Below are positions 46,729 through 56,350 of a DNA stretch of 64,000 nucleotides, one piece after another. Each line of letters starts with the position of its first letter. Positions within the stretch are counted from its first letter, which is position 1. Made by a program: the position numbers and the translations under genes. The notes under the pieces are model-generated. The model did not search any database and was not told where the DNA came from. It saw only the letters and a program-made list of their open reading frames with translations. The DNA comes from an uncultured Candidatus Rokubacteria bacterium. Its GTDB lineage: Bacteria > Methylomirabilota > Methylomirabilia > Rokubacteriales > DASRDR01. The stretch is from the NCBI GenBank assembly GCA_963708025.1, contig CAVPSB010000019.1, positions 294,156 through 358,155 of the forward strand. The letters are read 5' to 3'.

Positions 46729-47408
46729 AACCGTCAAGGTATCGTCAAGGTGGACCGCCGCCGTCCCGCGAGTCCATCGCGGCCCTCACCGGTAACTCCG
46801 TGCCTCGGTGCCTCGCGTTCCAGCGAGGCCCGGACATGGGCCTGCGCCGGCGTCTGGGGTGACTGGGATCGGGATCGCGGCGCACAAGCACCTCTCGGCC
46901 GGACCGCGGGAAGCCCGCCGTCGCCCCGGCCAGACTGCGCATCGCCGGAGTGTAGGCACCTCAGGCAAATCGGCCACGGCCGTGGGGGCCGGCCGGGGCT
47001 CTCTCATCTGGTTCTTCCTGACCTTCGGCCATCGGCGCCTGTCTGATTCTCTACCGGCGTCGCGAGGGGCGCCGGGCGAGCTACATCCGCGGTGAGCGTT
47101 TCCGCGAGGCTGTGTGGGAACGCAGGAGGTGCTAGATGATAGACGAGCGGCGCCTCACCCGCTACTGCCGGCGCAGCCGGGGGTCAGAGGCTCGGCGGCG
47201 CGCAGTCAGCGCGCCGGCGGGAGCGTGAACCAGTCCGCCTGCAACGCGACGCGCGAAAAAGCCTCTTCATCTCGGGCGGGAGGTCGGCCTCGCGCTAGAG
47301 GCGCAAGCCGGCGAAGCGCGAATCCGCGACGTCGTTCTCAGCGGAGGCTTGCCCGACTTCCGCCGCGCCGCCGAATGCCTGGTCTTTGAAGCCTGGCGCT
47401 AAGCCGCC

Positions 47409-47675
47409 TCAGACGCGGGCAAGCTCCATGTCCTCAACCATCTGCCAGAAGCACGTCCAGACGCTGTTGTCGGTTTCGTGCACGCAGCGGCAGAAATCGG
47501 CGCAGCGGACCGACCCCTCGAGGGTGGTGGTGATCTCGCCGCAGGCGAGCAAGCACTCCGAGAGTGCCTTGGGATTCCTCCGCCTCGATGCTTCGATGCC
47601 GCTGGCATCGGCGACCGCAAACGCCTGACCAATATGTATACGGGTAACTCCACCCGCTTGCCTAGGGAGGATCAT
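47409..47675 (-). CDS. Putative RiPP-like precursor: PatE-like leader + GIEAS site + 6-Cys core
   Basis: MILPRQAGGVTR resembles the cyanobactin precursor N-terminus ILPQQGQPVIR; GIEAS resembles PatA site GLEAS/GVEPS; SD AAAGGA; 33 nt after the protease stop. Confidence 0.75.
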   Translation of the reverse strand: MILPRQAGGVTRIHIGQAFAVADASGIEASRRRNPKALSECLLACGEITTTLEGSVRCADFCRCVHETDNSVWTCFWQMVEDMELARV

Positions 47676-47708
47676 GATCGATTCCTTTCTGTGGTTCTTC
47701 GTAGGTCA

Positions 47709-49556
47709 TCAGCGCACATGCCAGGAGCGCACAGGTCCCACCATCACCGGAACCACATCGCTCACGTCGACGGTGAAGCGGTAAACCTTTCGAGACTGCT
47801 CAAACATCCGGTGCGGATTGAAGAACGTGAGCTTCACATCCCAGCAATCCGACTCCGGGCGGCAGATTGGACTCCGCTCGACCTCGATCTTGTCCAGGTC
47901 GAATTCGTCGCGAACCGCGGATGCTAAGACCTCCGCGGCTTGGAACGCATTGGTCGCCGCGTAATTGATGGCCCGATCCTGCGGCGTCAGCCCGAGGTTT
48001 CGAAGTTCGTCGTAGATTCTCCGCAGGAAGTTTGCGACAGCGTCAGAAGAATCGCCAGCCTGTTGGTCCGCCGCACCCGCGAGCGCTGCTGTGGTCCAGC
48101 TATACATGCCGCGCATCGCAGGCCAGATCACCGGAACAGATTGGCCCGTCGACAATCGAGCAGAGCCTGAGACCAGTCCCGGCACCGACACGCGCTCCAC
48201 TTCACCCCGGCTTTGTTCGGCTAAGAATTGGCGCAGCCGTTCGTAAGTCTCTCTTGCAAACGAGCCCTGCGCTCGGATGGCGTAGATGGTCGTTGCGTCC
48301 AGGTTCAACGTCCAGACCAGCGCCGCGGCATCCCACGGATTCCTGTCGAGGTACGCAAGCAATTGCGCAGGATCGTAGGGGTTCGCCGGCGGATCCATGT
48401 TCTGGCGGATCGAGTCGCGCCGCGCTTCCGTGCCGAAGTCGTAGCCGATTTGGCCAAGCGCGAACACCAGCTGCGGGGGCGCTTCAGACGATCCGCACTG
48501 GCAACCCGACGGGCCTGTACCCTGCCGCGGCTCGGCCGCCAGGGACGGAACTTCGTCGCCCGCACTTCGCGGCGGGACTGGCGCCTGAGACTCGGGTGTT
48601 CGAGGAGAATCGGACATAGAGCATCCTTTCAGCACCTGCATCATTGCACCGGGAACATTGAGGCGTCCGGACAAGAGACGTTCGCAATCGTCAACGGGTT
48701 CGCGCTCGCAACCGATTGCCGTTTGCAGCAACGCGTTTCGTACCGACGACGGACTCGGCCGCCCCCCGCGCTGAGATTGCAGACTCAGCAGCAGCGCGGC
48801 CACGCCCGAAACGAGCGGCGTCGCATAGCTTGTACCCGAACGAACGCAAACGCCTCCTCCCGCTCGTGCGCCCGGGATGTTCTCACCCGGTGCCAGGATT
48901 CCATGCTTGCGATACTCGCTGGCCCAGTTGCTCAAACGCATCGGCGCTTGGGACGCATCCATCGCTCCGACGACCAGAACCGATGGATGCGTGGCCGGGA
49001 TGTGAAGGCAATCGCATCCGTCGTTCCCCGCCGCCGCCACGATGAGCACGTCGCGAGCGGCGGCTTTTTCGATCGCGCGCTCCAGCAATGGATGTGCAGT
49101 AGCGCTCTGCGACAACTGCCCGCCGCTGATGTTCACAACGTGAGCGCCGATCGAAATCGCCTGTTCGATCGCTTGCGCCAGTGTCACTTGGGAACATGGG
49201 GCGATGTCACCGTCGGGCGTGTCGCGGAACACCGGGACGAGGACGCCGCGGCACTTCGGCGCAATCCCCTTCAATGGACCCTCATGCTGGCCGAAGATGA
49301 CGCTGGCGACATGCGTGCCGTGCTCGCAAGCCGCACTGGTCACTGTTTCCGTTTCGGCGCCGGAACGCAGAACCGTCAGGTTCGCCCCCGCCAAGCAAGG
49401 ATGTGCCACGTGTACTGGCCCGTCCAGAATCGCGACGAGGATGTCCGGCGAGCCAAGCGTCTCCGCCCAGAGCGGTTCGATACCTGCGAGCGCCGCGACG
49501 GCGCCGTCGAGCAGCGGGATGTGAACCCGGCATGTATCGTGCGCGACTGTCATCAT
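47709..49556 (-). CDS. Cyanobactin maturation protease PatA-like (S8 subtilase + PatA/PatG C-terminal domain)
   Basis: VAILDGPV, HGTHVASVIFGQ, AAAGNDGC, SGTSYATPLVSG; C-terminal LVFALGQIGYDFGTEARRDS, RALNY-like RAINYAATNAFQ, CRPESDCWDVKL, YRFTVDVSDVVPV. Confidence 0.92.
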   Translation of the reverse strand: MMTVAHDTCRVHIPLLDGAVAALAGIEPLWAETLGSPDILVAILDGPVHVAHPCLAGANLTVLRSGAETETVTSAACEHGTHVASVIFGQHEGPLKGIAPKCRGVLVPVFRDTPDGDIAPCSQVTLAQAIEQAISIGAHVVNISGGQLSQSATAHPLLERAIEKAAARDVLIVAAAGNDGCDCLHIPATHPSVLVVGAMDASQAPMRLSNWASEYRKHGILAPGENIPGARAGGGVCVRSGTSYATPLVSGVAALLLSLQSQRGGRPSPSSVRNALLQTAIGCEREPVDDCERLLSGRLNVPGAMMQVLKGCSMSDSPRTPESQAPVPPRSAGDEVPSLAAEPRQGTGPSGCQCGSSEAPPQLVFALGQIGYDFGTEARRDSIRQNMDPPANPYDPAQLLAYLDRNPWDAAALVWTLNLDATTIYAIRAQGSFARETYERLRQFLAEQSRGEVERVSVPGLVSGSARLSTGQSVPVIWPAMRGMYSWTTAALAGAADQQAGDSSDAVANFLRRIYDELRNLGLTPQDRAINYAATNAFQAAEVLASAVRDEFDLDKIEVERSPICRPESDCWDVKLTFFNPHRMFEQSRKVYRFTVDVSDVVPVMVGPVRSWHVR

Positions 49557-49621
49557 CCGTTCGTCAATCCGCTGATGTCGCCGCCACTGCTGCCGGATAA
49601 GGTTACGATCCGAGCAGGGTC

Positions 49622-50122
49622 TTGTCAACCGGAGATCGGTTCACGTTCCTCGCCCCGCGCGCCCGCTGGCGATCGACCATCGTCCCGAAGCCGGCCGCTG
49701 ACGGCGCGCCCGCCGACGCCGGTGGCCGATCCCCGAGACGGTGGACGTGGGCCCGGCTCCTCCGCCGGGTGTTCGCCATCGAGATCTTGGTGTGTGAGCG
49801 CTGCGGGGGCCCGCGCCGTATCCTGGGCGCTGTGACTGAACCCCACGCCGTGCGCCGGCTCCTCGCGGCGCTCGGGCTGGCGCCCCAGCCGCCGCCGGGG
49901 CGGCCCGTCCCCGCCGCCTGACCCCCGCGCGTGATCGCGCCCCTCAGGCCCACCTTCCGACCTTCCTGGGCCCACACGGCCGGGGATGCCGAGACCCCCG
50001 GGCTGCCCGCCTTCGTCATGCAGGACCCGGCCGTCGTGCGGACCCTCCTCGCCCACGACGGACGCGCACGCGCCACGGCGGCGCCGGGCCCCGCCCCACC
50101 CGCCCCGGCCGCGATCGGGTAG
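49622..50122 (+). mobile_element. IS91/ISCR-like transposase C-terminal remnants (two fragments)
   Basis: WARLLRRVFAIEILVCERCGGPRRILGAVTEP..VRRLLAALGL, then QDPAVVRTLLAH...PGPAPPAP. Confidence 0.75.
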
Positions 50123-50386
50123 CCTCGCCGCGATCGGGTAGCCTCGCCGCTCGGCCAGACTCGCGCGGGGTCCCGCTCGCCGGGGCCCGGCCCCGCCCCA
50201 CCCGCCTGCTCCTTGACCGTGCGCCCGCGCCAGCGCAGGATGGCGCAGGGTCAGCCCGCGCTCGCGAGGTTGCCGATTGCCCTCCGCTTGCCCTCGCCCC
50301 CCGAGGCGAACCCACCACGGCGGCCGGGCCGGCTTCGGGGGGGAGACCGGACCTGGCCGGCCGCTTCGCGGAGATGGCGTTAGTCG
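50072..50386 (+). repeat. 3' non-coding end of an IS91/ISCR-like element, copy 1
   Basis: About 300 bp closely similar to 52915-53218; includes a 19-bp tandem duplication CCGCGATCGGGTAGCCTCG. Confidence 0.8.
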
Positions 50387-50705
50387 GATAAGATGAACTC
50401 GGCATTTCAGATTCCGTGTCCACCTGGAGGGGCCGGCTGATCTACCGGCGCAGGCGTCTGACGACCTATGCACGTCTCATTGAGCGGTGGAGAAGGCATG
50501 ACGGCGACATGGCTGACGAGGTGCGTTTCAGCACTCCTCAATCACATGTTCACGACCGTCCAGTTGCGAACGGGGCGGCGACCTCCTAGGGGCCTCAGGA
50601 GAACGGCTTGAGACGGAGGCGGGGAAGGCGTAAGGTGGCGCCGTCCCTCTTCAAGGCGTGGTGAAGTAAGCAAGCCTTATAGTAGACCACGGAACGAACG
50701 AAATC

Positions 50706-52169
50706 ATGAATCCCACACACAGATTCAGCCTCCTGGCTGCCGCCCTCCTTGTCCTGCTGGGCGGCTGCGCGACCCGCCCGATCAATCCGCCGATCGCCCA
50801 GGTCAACACGATAGCGGGATACAGTTTCGAGGCGCGCCACGGAAATGCCAAAGACCAGGACAACCTGGTCATCCTCGCCTTCTCGGGCGGCGGCACGCGT
50901 GCTGCCGCCTTTTCCTACGGGGTATTGGAGTTCCTTCGAAAGACCGAGGTTGTCGGACCGAAGGGCAACAAAGTCCGCTTGCTCGACGCGGTCAACCTCA
51001 TTACCGGCGTGTCAGGTGGCAGTTTCACCGCACTCGCCTATGGCCTCTATGGCGACAAGCTGTTTGCCGACTATGAACAGCGCTTTCTGAAACGCGATGT
51101 ACAGGGCGAGATGCTCGCGCGCCTGTTCAGCCCGAAATACTGGGGCCATCTCTGGTCGTCGGGCTGGGGCCGTTCCGAATTGGCGGCCCAGTTGTACGAC
51201 GAAATCCTGTTCAACGGCGCGACGTTTGACGAGCTCAACCGCGGCGATGGCCCAGTGATCGCGGTATCGGCGACGGATATTTCGACTGGCTCCCGCTTCG
51301 TCTTTACGCAGCGCGTGTTCGACATCATCTGCTCGGACCTCAACGCGGTACCACTGTCCCGCGCCGCGGCGGCCTCGTCGGCCGTACCGGTCGTGCTCTC
51401 GTCCGTCACGATCAACAACTATGGCGGCACCTGCAACAGAGTCGTGCCGGCCTGGGCCGAACCGTTTGTCGAATCCGACAACCCACCGAGACCTGCGGCA
51501 CGGGCCGTCCGCTCGCTCAAGGCCGAGGAAGCTTTCGGCGACAGCGTCCATCGCCCGTATCTCCATCTCGTTGACGGCGGCGTGTCGGACAATGTAGGCA
51601 TGCGTTCTGTGCTCGATGCACTGCAGGTGTTCCAGGCATTGCATGAAGTCGGCGCGCCAACGCCACTCGACAGTGTGCGCAGAATCATTGTGTTCATCGT
51701 CAATTCGCTCTCTTCGCCGCCGACCCACTGGGACGAGTCGGAGAACCCTCCCGGCACCGTGGCCATTCTGCTCAAATCGGCAGGTACCCCGATTGACGCC
51801 TTTTCCTACGAGGCGGTCGAGTTACTGAAAGACACGGCTCAGCAGTGGCAGACGGCGCGCCTGATCCGGGACTCGGCGGCAATGGCGGCCAACAAAGATC
51901 CTGCGGTTGCGGCGGCATTGCGCGTCCCGAACGCCGAGATTTACGCCATCGACGTGTCGTTCTCGGCGCTGAAGGACACGGCTGAACGCGAGTACCTGAA
52001 TCAACTGCCCACGTCGTTCGTGCTTCCCGCCGAGGCGGTCGATCGCCTGCGCGCCGCAGCGGCAATGCTCATCATGGATTCACCGGAATTCAAGCGTCTG
52101 CTGAAAGATGTCGGCGCCAACCTGGTTACGGAACCACCGGCTGCCGAAAGCCCAGGGGCGGCGCAATAG
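50706..52169 (+). CDS. Patatin-like phospholipase lipoprotein
   Basis: Lipobox LGGC; FSGGGTRAAA, GVSGG nucleophile elbow, LVDGGV. Confidence 0.9.
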   Translation: MNPTHRFSLLAAALLVLLGGCATRPINPPIAQVNTIAGYSFEARHGNAKDQDNLVILAFSGGGTRAAAFSYGVLEFLRKTEVVGPKGNKVRLLDAVNLITGVSGGSFTALAYGLYGDKLFADYEQRFLKRDVQGEMLARLFSPKYWGHLWSSGWGRSELAAQLYDEILFNGATFDELNRGDGPVIAVSATDISTGSRFVFTQRVFDIICSDLNAVPLSRAAAASSAVPVVLSSVTINNYGGTCNRVVPAWAEPFVESDNPPRPAARAVRSLKAEEAFGDSVHRPYLHLVDGGVSDNVGMRSVLDALQVFQALHEVGAPTPLDSVRRIIVFIVNSLSSPPTHWDESENPPGTVAILLKSAGTPIDAFSYEAVELLKDTAQQWQTARLIRDSAAMAANKDPAVAAALRVPNAEIYAIDVSFSALKDTAEREYLNQLPTSFVLPAEAVDRLRAAAAMLIMDSPEFKRLLKDVGANLVTEPPAAESPGAAQ

Positions 52170-52349
52170 TGCGGGTGGTGACCACGGCCTGAGATTGACC
52201 TTGCGGCCGCCGCGAGTGTCCACCCCGGCCAGACGAGCAACCCGTTGCGGCGGTACGGGCCTCTCGAGACTCGGAGGCTCCTCAATCTCTCGCCGGTCAA
52301 CGATGAGGATACGGGGGCAAGTGGCAGCTTGGTCATCGCCAAAGGCACC

Positions 52350-52700
52350 CCGCAGGACCTCACTCTCCGAACAGCACCCCACGCCTGCGACGCTCGAGCT
52401 CCTGGGCCATCTCGCGCATCTGCGCCTCGTGCTCGCGCTGCGCACGGGGAGTCGCGGCTGGCCGGCCTCGCCGCGGCGGACTCGGGAGACCTGTTCCCCC
52501 TGGGAGATCAGTCGGCGGAGGTCAGTTGGCTATGGCCCACCCGACCCCCTCAGCGAGACCTCGCCGCTTCTGGCCGGGATCGTCAGGGCGTCCGTCCAGG
52601 GCCGCGTCGCCCTCGGCCCGCGCGCCCGTGCCCGCGTCCGGCGCGACGGTGGCGAGCCGGATCTCGGTCACGTGACCGCCCGGGGCCCTCGCCAGGCCGC
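52350..52700 (+). mobile_element. Internal remnant of an IS91-like transposase
   Basis: DPLSETSPLLAGIVRASVQGRVALGPRARARVRR segment recalled as typical of these transposases. Confidence 0.5.
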
Positions 52701-52914
52701 CGCCCGTCGGAATCCGCGTCAGTAAAGGTCAAAGTCGGGATTCCACGGTTCGCAAGCCCGGTTACCAGCAAGTACATTCGGGTTGCGAGCACCCGACGAT
52801 GAACTACGAGAACGAAACCCTGCGCTGGCCGACCAATCTGGACCGCGCCGCGATCGTTGCGCGCCTCATAGAGGTGCGCAAGCAGGCCGCGGCGGCCGTG
52901 CAGGCCCTCCTTGC

Positions 52915-53218
52915 CCACGGCGGAGGGGCGCGCGCCCCGGCGGCGCCTGGCCCCGCCCCGGCCGCGATCGGGTAGCCTCGCCGCTCGGCCAGACCCGCGC
53001 GGGGTCCCGCTCGCCGGGGCCCGGCCCCGCCCCCTCCGCCTGCTCCTTGACCGTGCGCCCCGCGCCGGCGCAGGATGACGCGGGGTCAGCCGGCGCTCGC
53101 GAGGTCGCCGCTCGCCCTCGCCCCTCGAGGCGGGCCGCCACGGCGGCCAGGGCAGGCTTCGGGGGGAGGCCGGACCTGGCCGGCCGCTTCGCGGAGGTGG
53201 CGTTAATCGTTCCTATGC
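52915..53218 (+). mobile_element. 3' end of an IS91/ISCR-like element, copy 2, with oriIS-like terminus
   Basis: Ends GCGTTAATCGTTCCTATGC, similar to ISCR oriIS GCGTTTGAACTTCCTATAC. Confidence 0.7.
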
Positions 53219-53220
53219 GC

Positions 53221-53524
53221 TCGGTCCGCGTGCGAGGCGCTGGAGGAGTTGGGGGCATGGTGTCCCGACGTGCCGGTGTGGGACATCGAGATGCCCAAAG
53301 AGGATGGGTAGTCGCTGATCCGGAAGGTGCGCGCGCGGGACAAGACGCAGGACGGGAAGACTCCCGCCGTCGCGCTGACCGCGCACGGGCCGCCGGCAGG
53401 ATGGGTGCGCTCGCTGTCTGCCGGTTACAGCATGCACGTGCCGAAGGCGGTGGACCCCGGTGAAGTTCACGACCTCCAACTGGGACGGGAGATACGGCCC
53501 GGGACGCAGGAGCGCGTGACGTGA
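53221..53524 (+). pseudogene. Receiver (REC) domain remnant
   Basis: PDVPVWDIEMPKEDG*SLIRKVR..TPAVALTA..LSAGYSMHVPKAVDP with an in-frame TAG. Confidence 0.7.
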
Positions 53525-56256
53525 GGCGCGACGATCAGGCTCTGCTGGCCGCCATCGTTGACTCGTCCGACGACGCCATCGTCAGCAAGACCGTGGATGG
53601 CATCGTGACCTCGTGGAACTTCGCGGCGGAGCGGATCTTCGGCTACACGGCGGCCGAGATGATCGGCCGCTCCATCACCACGATCTTCCCGCCCGACCGA
53701 GTCGGCGAAGAAGCCGAGTTCCTGCGTCGCCTCGCCCGAGGCGAGCGCATCGACCACTACGAGACCGTGCGGATCCGCAAGGATGGCCGCGCGGTTGACA
53801 TCTCGGTGACGCTGTCGCCGCTCCGTGACGCGACCGGAGTGATCGCCGGAATCTCGAAGATCGCGCGCGACATCACCGAGCGCAAGCGCGCGGCAGCGCT
53901 GCTGCATGAGCAGGCGGAGTCGTGGCGCGTGACGCTGTCGAGCATCGGCGACGCTGTCATCGCGACCGATGCCAAGGGGCGGGTCACGTTCATGAACGCC
54001 GTGGCCGAGACGCTGACCGGCTGGACGGCGGAGGACGCTCGGTCGCGGCCACTCGTCGATTTCTTCCGCATCGTCAACGAGCAGACGCGACTCCCGGTCG
54101 AGAGCCCCGTCGATCGGGCCCTCCGGGATGGAGTGATCATCGGACTCGCTAACCACACGGTGCTGCTGACCCGCGATGGGGCCGAACGGCCAATCGATGA
54201 CAGCGCCGCACCGATGCACGACGCGAGCGGCCAGATCGCTGGCGTAGTCCTCGTCTTTCGTGACGTCACCGAGCGCCGGCGAGCCGAGGCGGACTTGCAT
54301 GAGCGCGAGGCGCGCTTCCGGATCATGGCGGACGCCGCGCCAGTGATGATCTGGATGTCCGGGACCGACGCGGAGCGCGAGTTCTTCAACAAGCCGTGGC
54401 TCGAGTTCACCGGCCGGCGAATGGAAGAGGAGCTCGGCACGGGCTGGGTCGAGGGCGTCCACCCCGAGGATCTGCAGCAGTGCTTGGACGTGTACCTCGC
54501 CGCCTTCAACGACCGCCGGGCCTTCCGCATGGAGTACCGCCTCCGGCGACACGACGGCGAGTATCGCTGGATCCTGGATACCGGTGTGCCGCGCTTCGAC
54601 GCTGACGGGCAGTTCGCGGGGTACATCGGCTCGTGCCTCGATATCGAGGATCGGCGCCGGGCCGAAGACGAGGTGGCCCAGCAACGCGAGTGGCTCCGGG
54701 TCACCCTAGGGAGCATCGGTGACGCGGTCATCGCCACCGATCTCCGGGCCCGTGTGACCTTCATGAACCCGGTCGCGGAGGCGCTGACCGGCTGGAGCGC
54801 GGACGAGGCGATGAGCCGGCCGCTCGCCGACGTCTTCGACATCGTGAACGAGCAGACACGGCGGCGTGCGGAAAGCCCGGTGACGCGCGTGCTGCAGGAG
54901 GGCCTGGTCGTCGGGCTCGCCAACTCGACCGTGCTCATTCGGAAGAATGGCGCCGACCTACCGATCGATGACCGGGCGGCGCCGATCCGGGACCGTCGGG
55001 GCCACATCATCGGCGCGGTGCTCGTTTTCCATGACATCGTGGAGCGGCGGCGCGCCGAGGCCGAGCGGGCCCAGCTGTTCGCAGCGGAACGGGCGGCGCG
55101 AGCGGAAGCCGAGCGGGCCAACCGGGCCAAGGATGAATTCCTAGCGACCCTGTCGCATGAGCTACGCGCTCCGCTCCAGGCGATTCTCGGCTGGACGCGG
55201 CTGCTCCGAGGCGCCTCACTGGACGATGAGAAGCGGCTCCAAGCCGTGGAGGTGATCGAGCGGAACTCACAGCTCCAGGTGCAGCTCATCGAGGATCTGC
55301 TCGACGTCTCTCGGATCGCGACAGGCAAACTCCATCTGGACGTTCACCGGATCGACCTCGCCGCCGTGGTCGACTCCGCGCTCGACCTCGTGCGCGGCAG
55401 TGCGGAGGCGAAACGTCTCCGTCTCGACACCACGATCGACCCCGCCGCCCGCACGTTCATCGGGGGTGCCGCCCGCCTTCCGCAGGTGGTCTGGAACATG
55501 CTCTCGAATGCCATCCGGTTCACGCCCGAGGGCGGACGGATCACCGTGACCGTCACCCGAACGGAGAACCGCGTGCTCCTTACCGTGAGCGACACGGGTC
55601 ACGGCATCAGTCCCGATCTCCTGCCCCACATCTTCGAGCGCTTCCGACAGGGGCACCTCGCGGGCCGCGTCGCGCGTGGGGGCCTCGGGCTCGGGCTCGC
55701 GATCGCGCGCCAGATCGTCGAGCTGCACCGCGGAACGATCGAGGCGCACAGCGACGGCGAGGGCCGGGGCGCCACCTTCGTCGTGAGCCTGCCCCTGACC
55801 GGCCCCGCCCCCACCGTCGAGCCGGCCGTGGCCGACACCGCGCCGCGGCCGGGGTTTCCGTCGCTGACGGGCATCCGCGTCTTGCTCGTCGAGGACGACA
55901 CCGACGGCCGCGCCCTGATGGCGGAGGTCCTGCGGCAATGTGGCAGCGAGGTGGTGGAGGCCGGTTCCACGGGCGAGGCGCTCGCGGTGTTGGACGGGAG
56001 CCGGGTCGACGTGCTCGTGAGCGATATCGGGCTGCCCGACCAGGATGGCTATTACCTCATGCGGACGATCCGCGCGCGCCCGGCAGACCGCGGCGGCAGC
56101 GTGCCGGCGCTCGCCGTCACCGGGTTCGCCAGGGTGGAGGACCGCCGGCGCGCGCTGCTCGCCGGGTTTCAGACGCATGTCTCGAAGCCCGTGGAGCCGC
56201 TCGAGCTGGCCGTGGTCGTCGCCAATCTCCTCGGTCGCGGTCGCGAGAGCCGCTGA
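53521..56256 (+). CDS. Hybrid sensor histidine kinase (4 PAS + HisKA + HATPase + REC)
   Basis: PAS repeats, LSHELRAPL, NMLSNAIRFT, DTGHGI, GLGLGL, LLVEDD..SDIGLP..KPV. Confidence 0.93.
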   Translation: MRRDDQALLAAIVDSSDDAIVSKTVDGIVTSWNFAAERIFGYTAAEMIGRSITTIFPPDRVGEEAEFLRRLARGERIDHYETVRIRKDGRAVDISVTLSPLRDATGVIAGISKIARDITERKRAAALLHEQAESWRVTLSSIGDAVIATDAKGRVTFMNAVAETLTGWTAEDARSRPLVDFFRIVNEQTRLPVESPVDRALRDGVIIGLANHTVLLTRDGAERPIDDSAAPMHDASGQIAGVVLVFRDVTERRRAEADLHEREARFRIMADAAPVMIWMSGTDAEREFFNKPWLEFTGRRMEEELGTGWVEGVHPEDLQQCLDVYLAAFNDRRAFRMEYRLRRHDGEYRWILDTGVPRFDADGQFAGYIGSCLDIEDRRRAEDEVAQQREWLRVTLGSIGDAVIATDLRARVTFMNPVAEALTGWSADEAMSRPLADVFDIVNEQTRRRAESPVTRVLQEGLVVGLANSTVLIRKNGADLPIDDRAAPIRDRRGHIIGAVLVFHDIVERRRAEAERAQLFAAERAARAEAERANRAKDEFLATLSHELRAPLQAILGWTRLLRGASLDDEKRLQAVEVIERNSQLQVQLIEDLLDVSRIATGKLHLDVHRIDLAAVVDSALDLVRGSAEAKRLRLDTTIDPAARTFIGGAARLPQVVWNMLSNAIRFTPEGGRITVTVTRTENRVLLTVSDTGHGISPDLLPHIFERFRQGHLAGRVARGGLGLGLAIARQIVELHRGTIEAHSDGEGRGATFVVSLPLTGPAPTVEPAVADTAPRPGFPSLTGIRVLLVEDDTDGRALMAEVLRQCGSEVVEAGSTGEALAVLDGSRVDVLVSDIGLPDQDGYYLMRTIRARPADRGGSVPALAVTGFARVEDRRRALLAGFQTHVSKPVEPLELAVVVANLLGRGRESR

Positions 56257-56350
56257 GCCGGGGCACGGATCTTCGAAGCGGACGAGCTAAAGCGTGTGTT
56301 CGACTCTGTGGCCCCGGACCCCCCCTTTCGGGTACTGCGCCGCTCGCCGC

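Noticed and set aside
47409-49556. Canonical cyanobactin (cyclic azole peptide) cluster
   Set aside because: No PatD/YcaO, PatG macrocyclase, PatF, LAELSEEAL site or AYDG follower.
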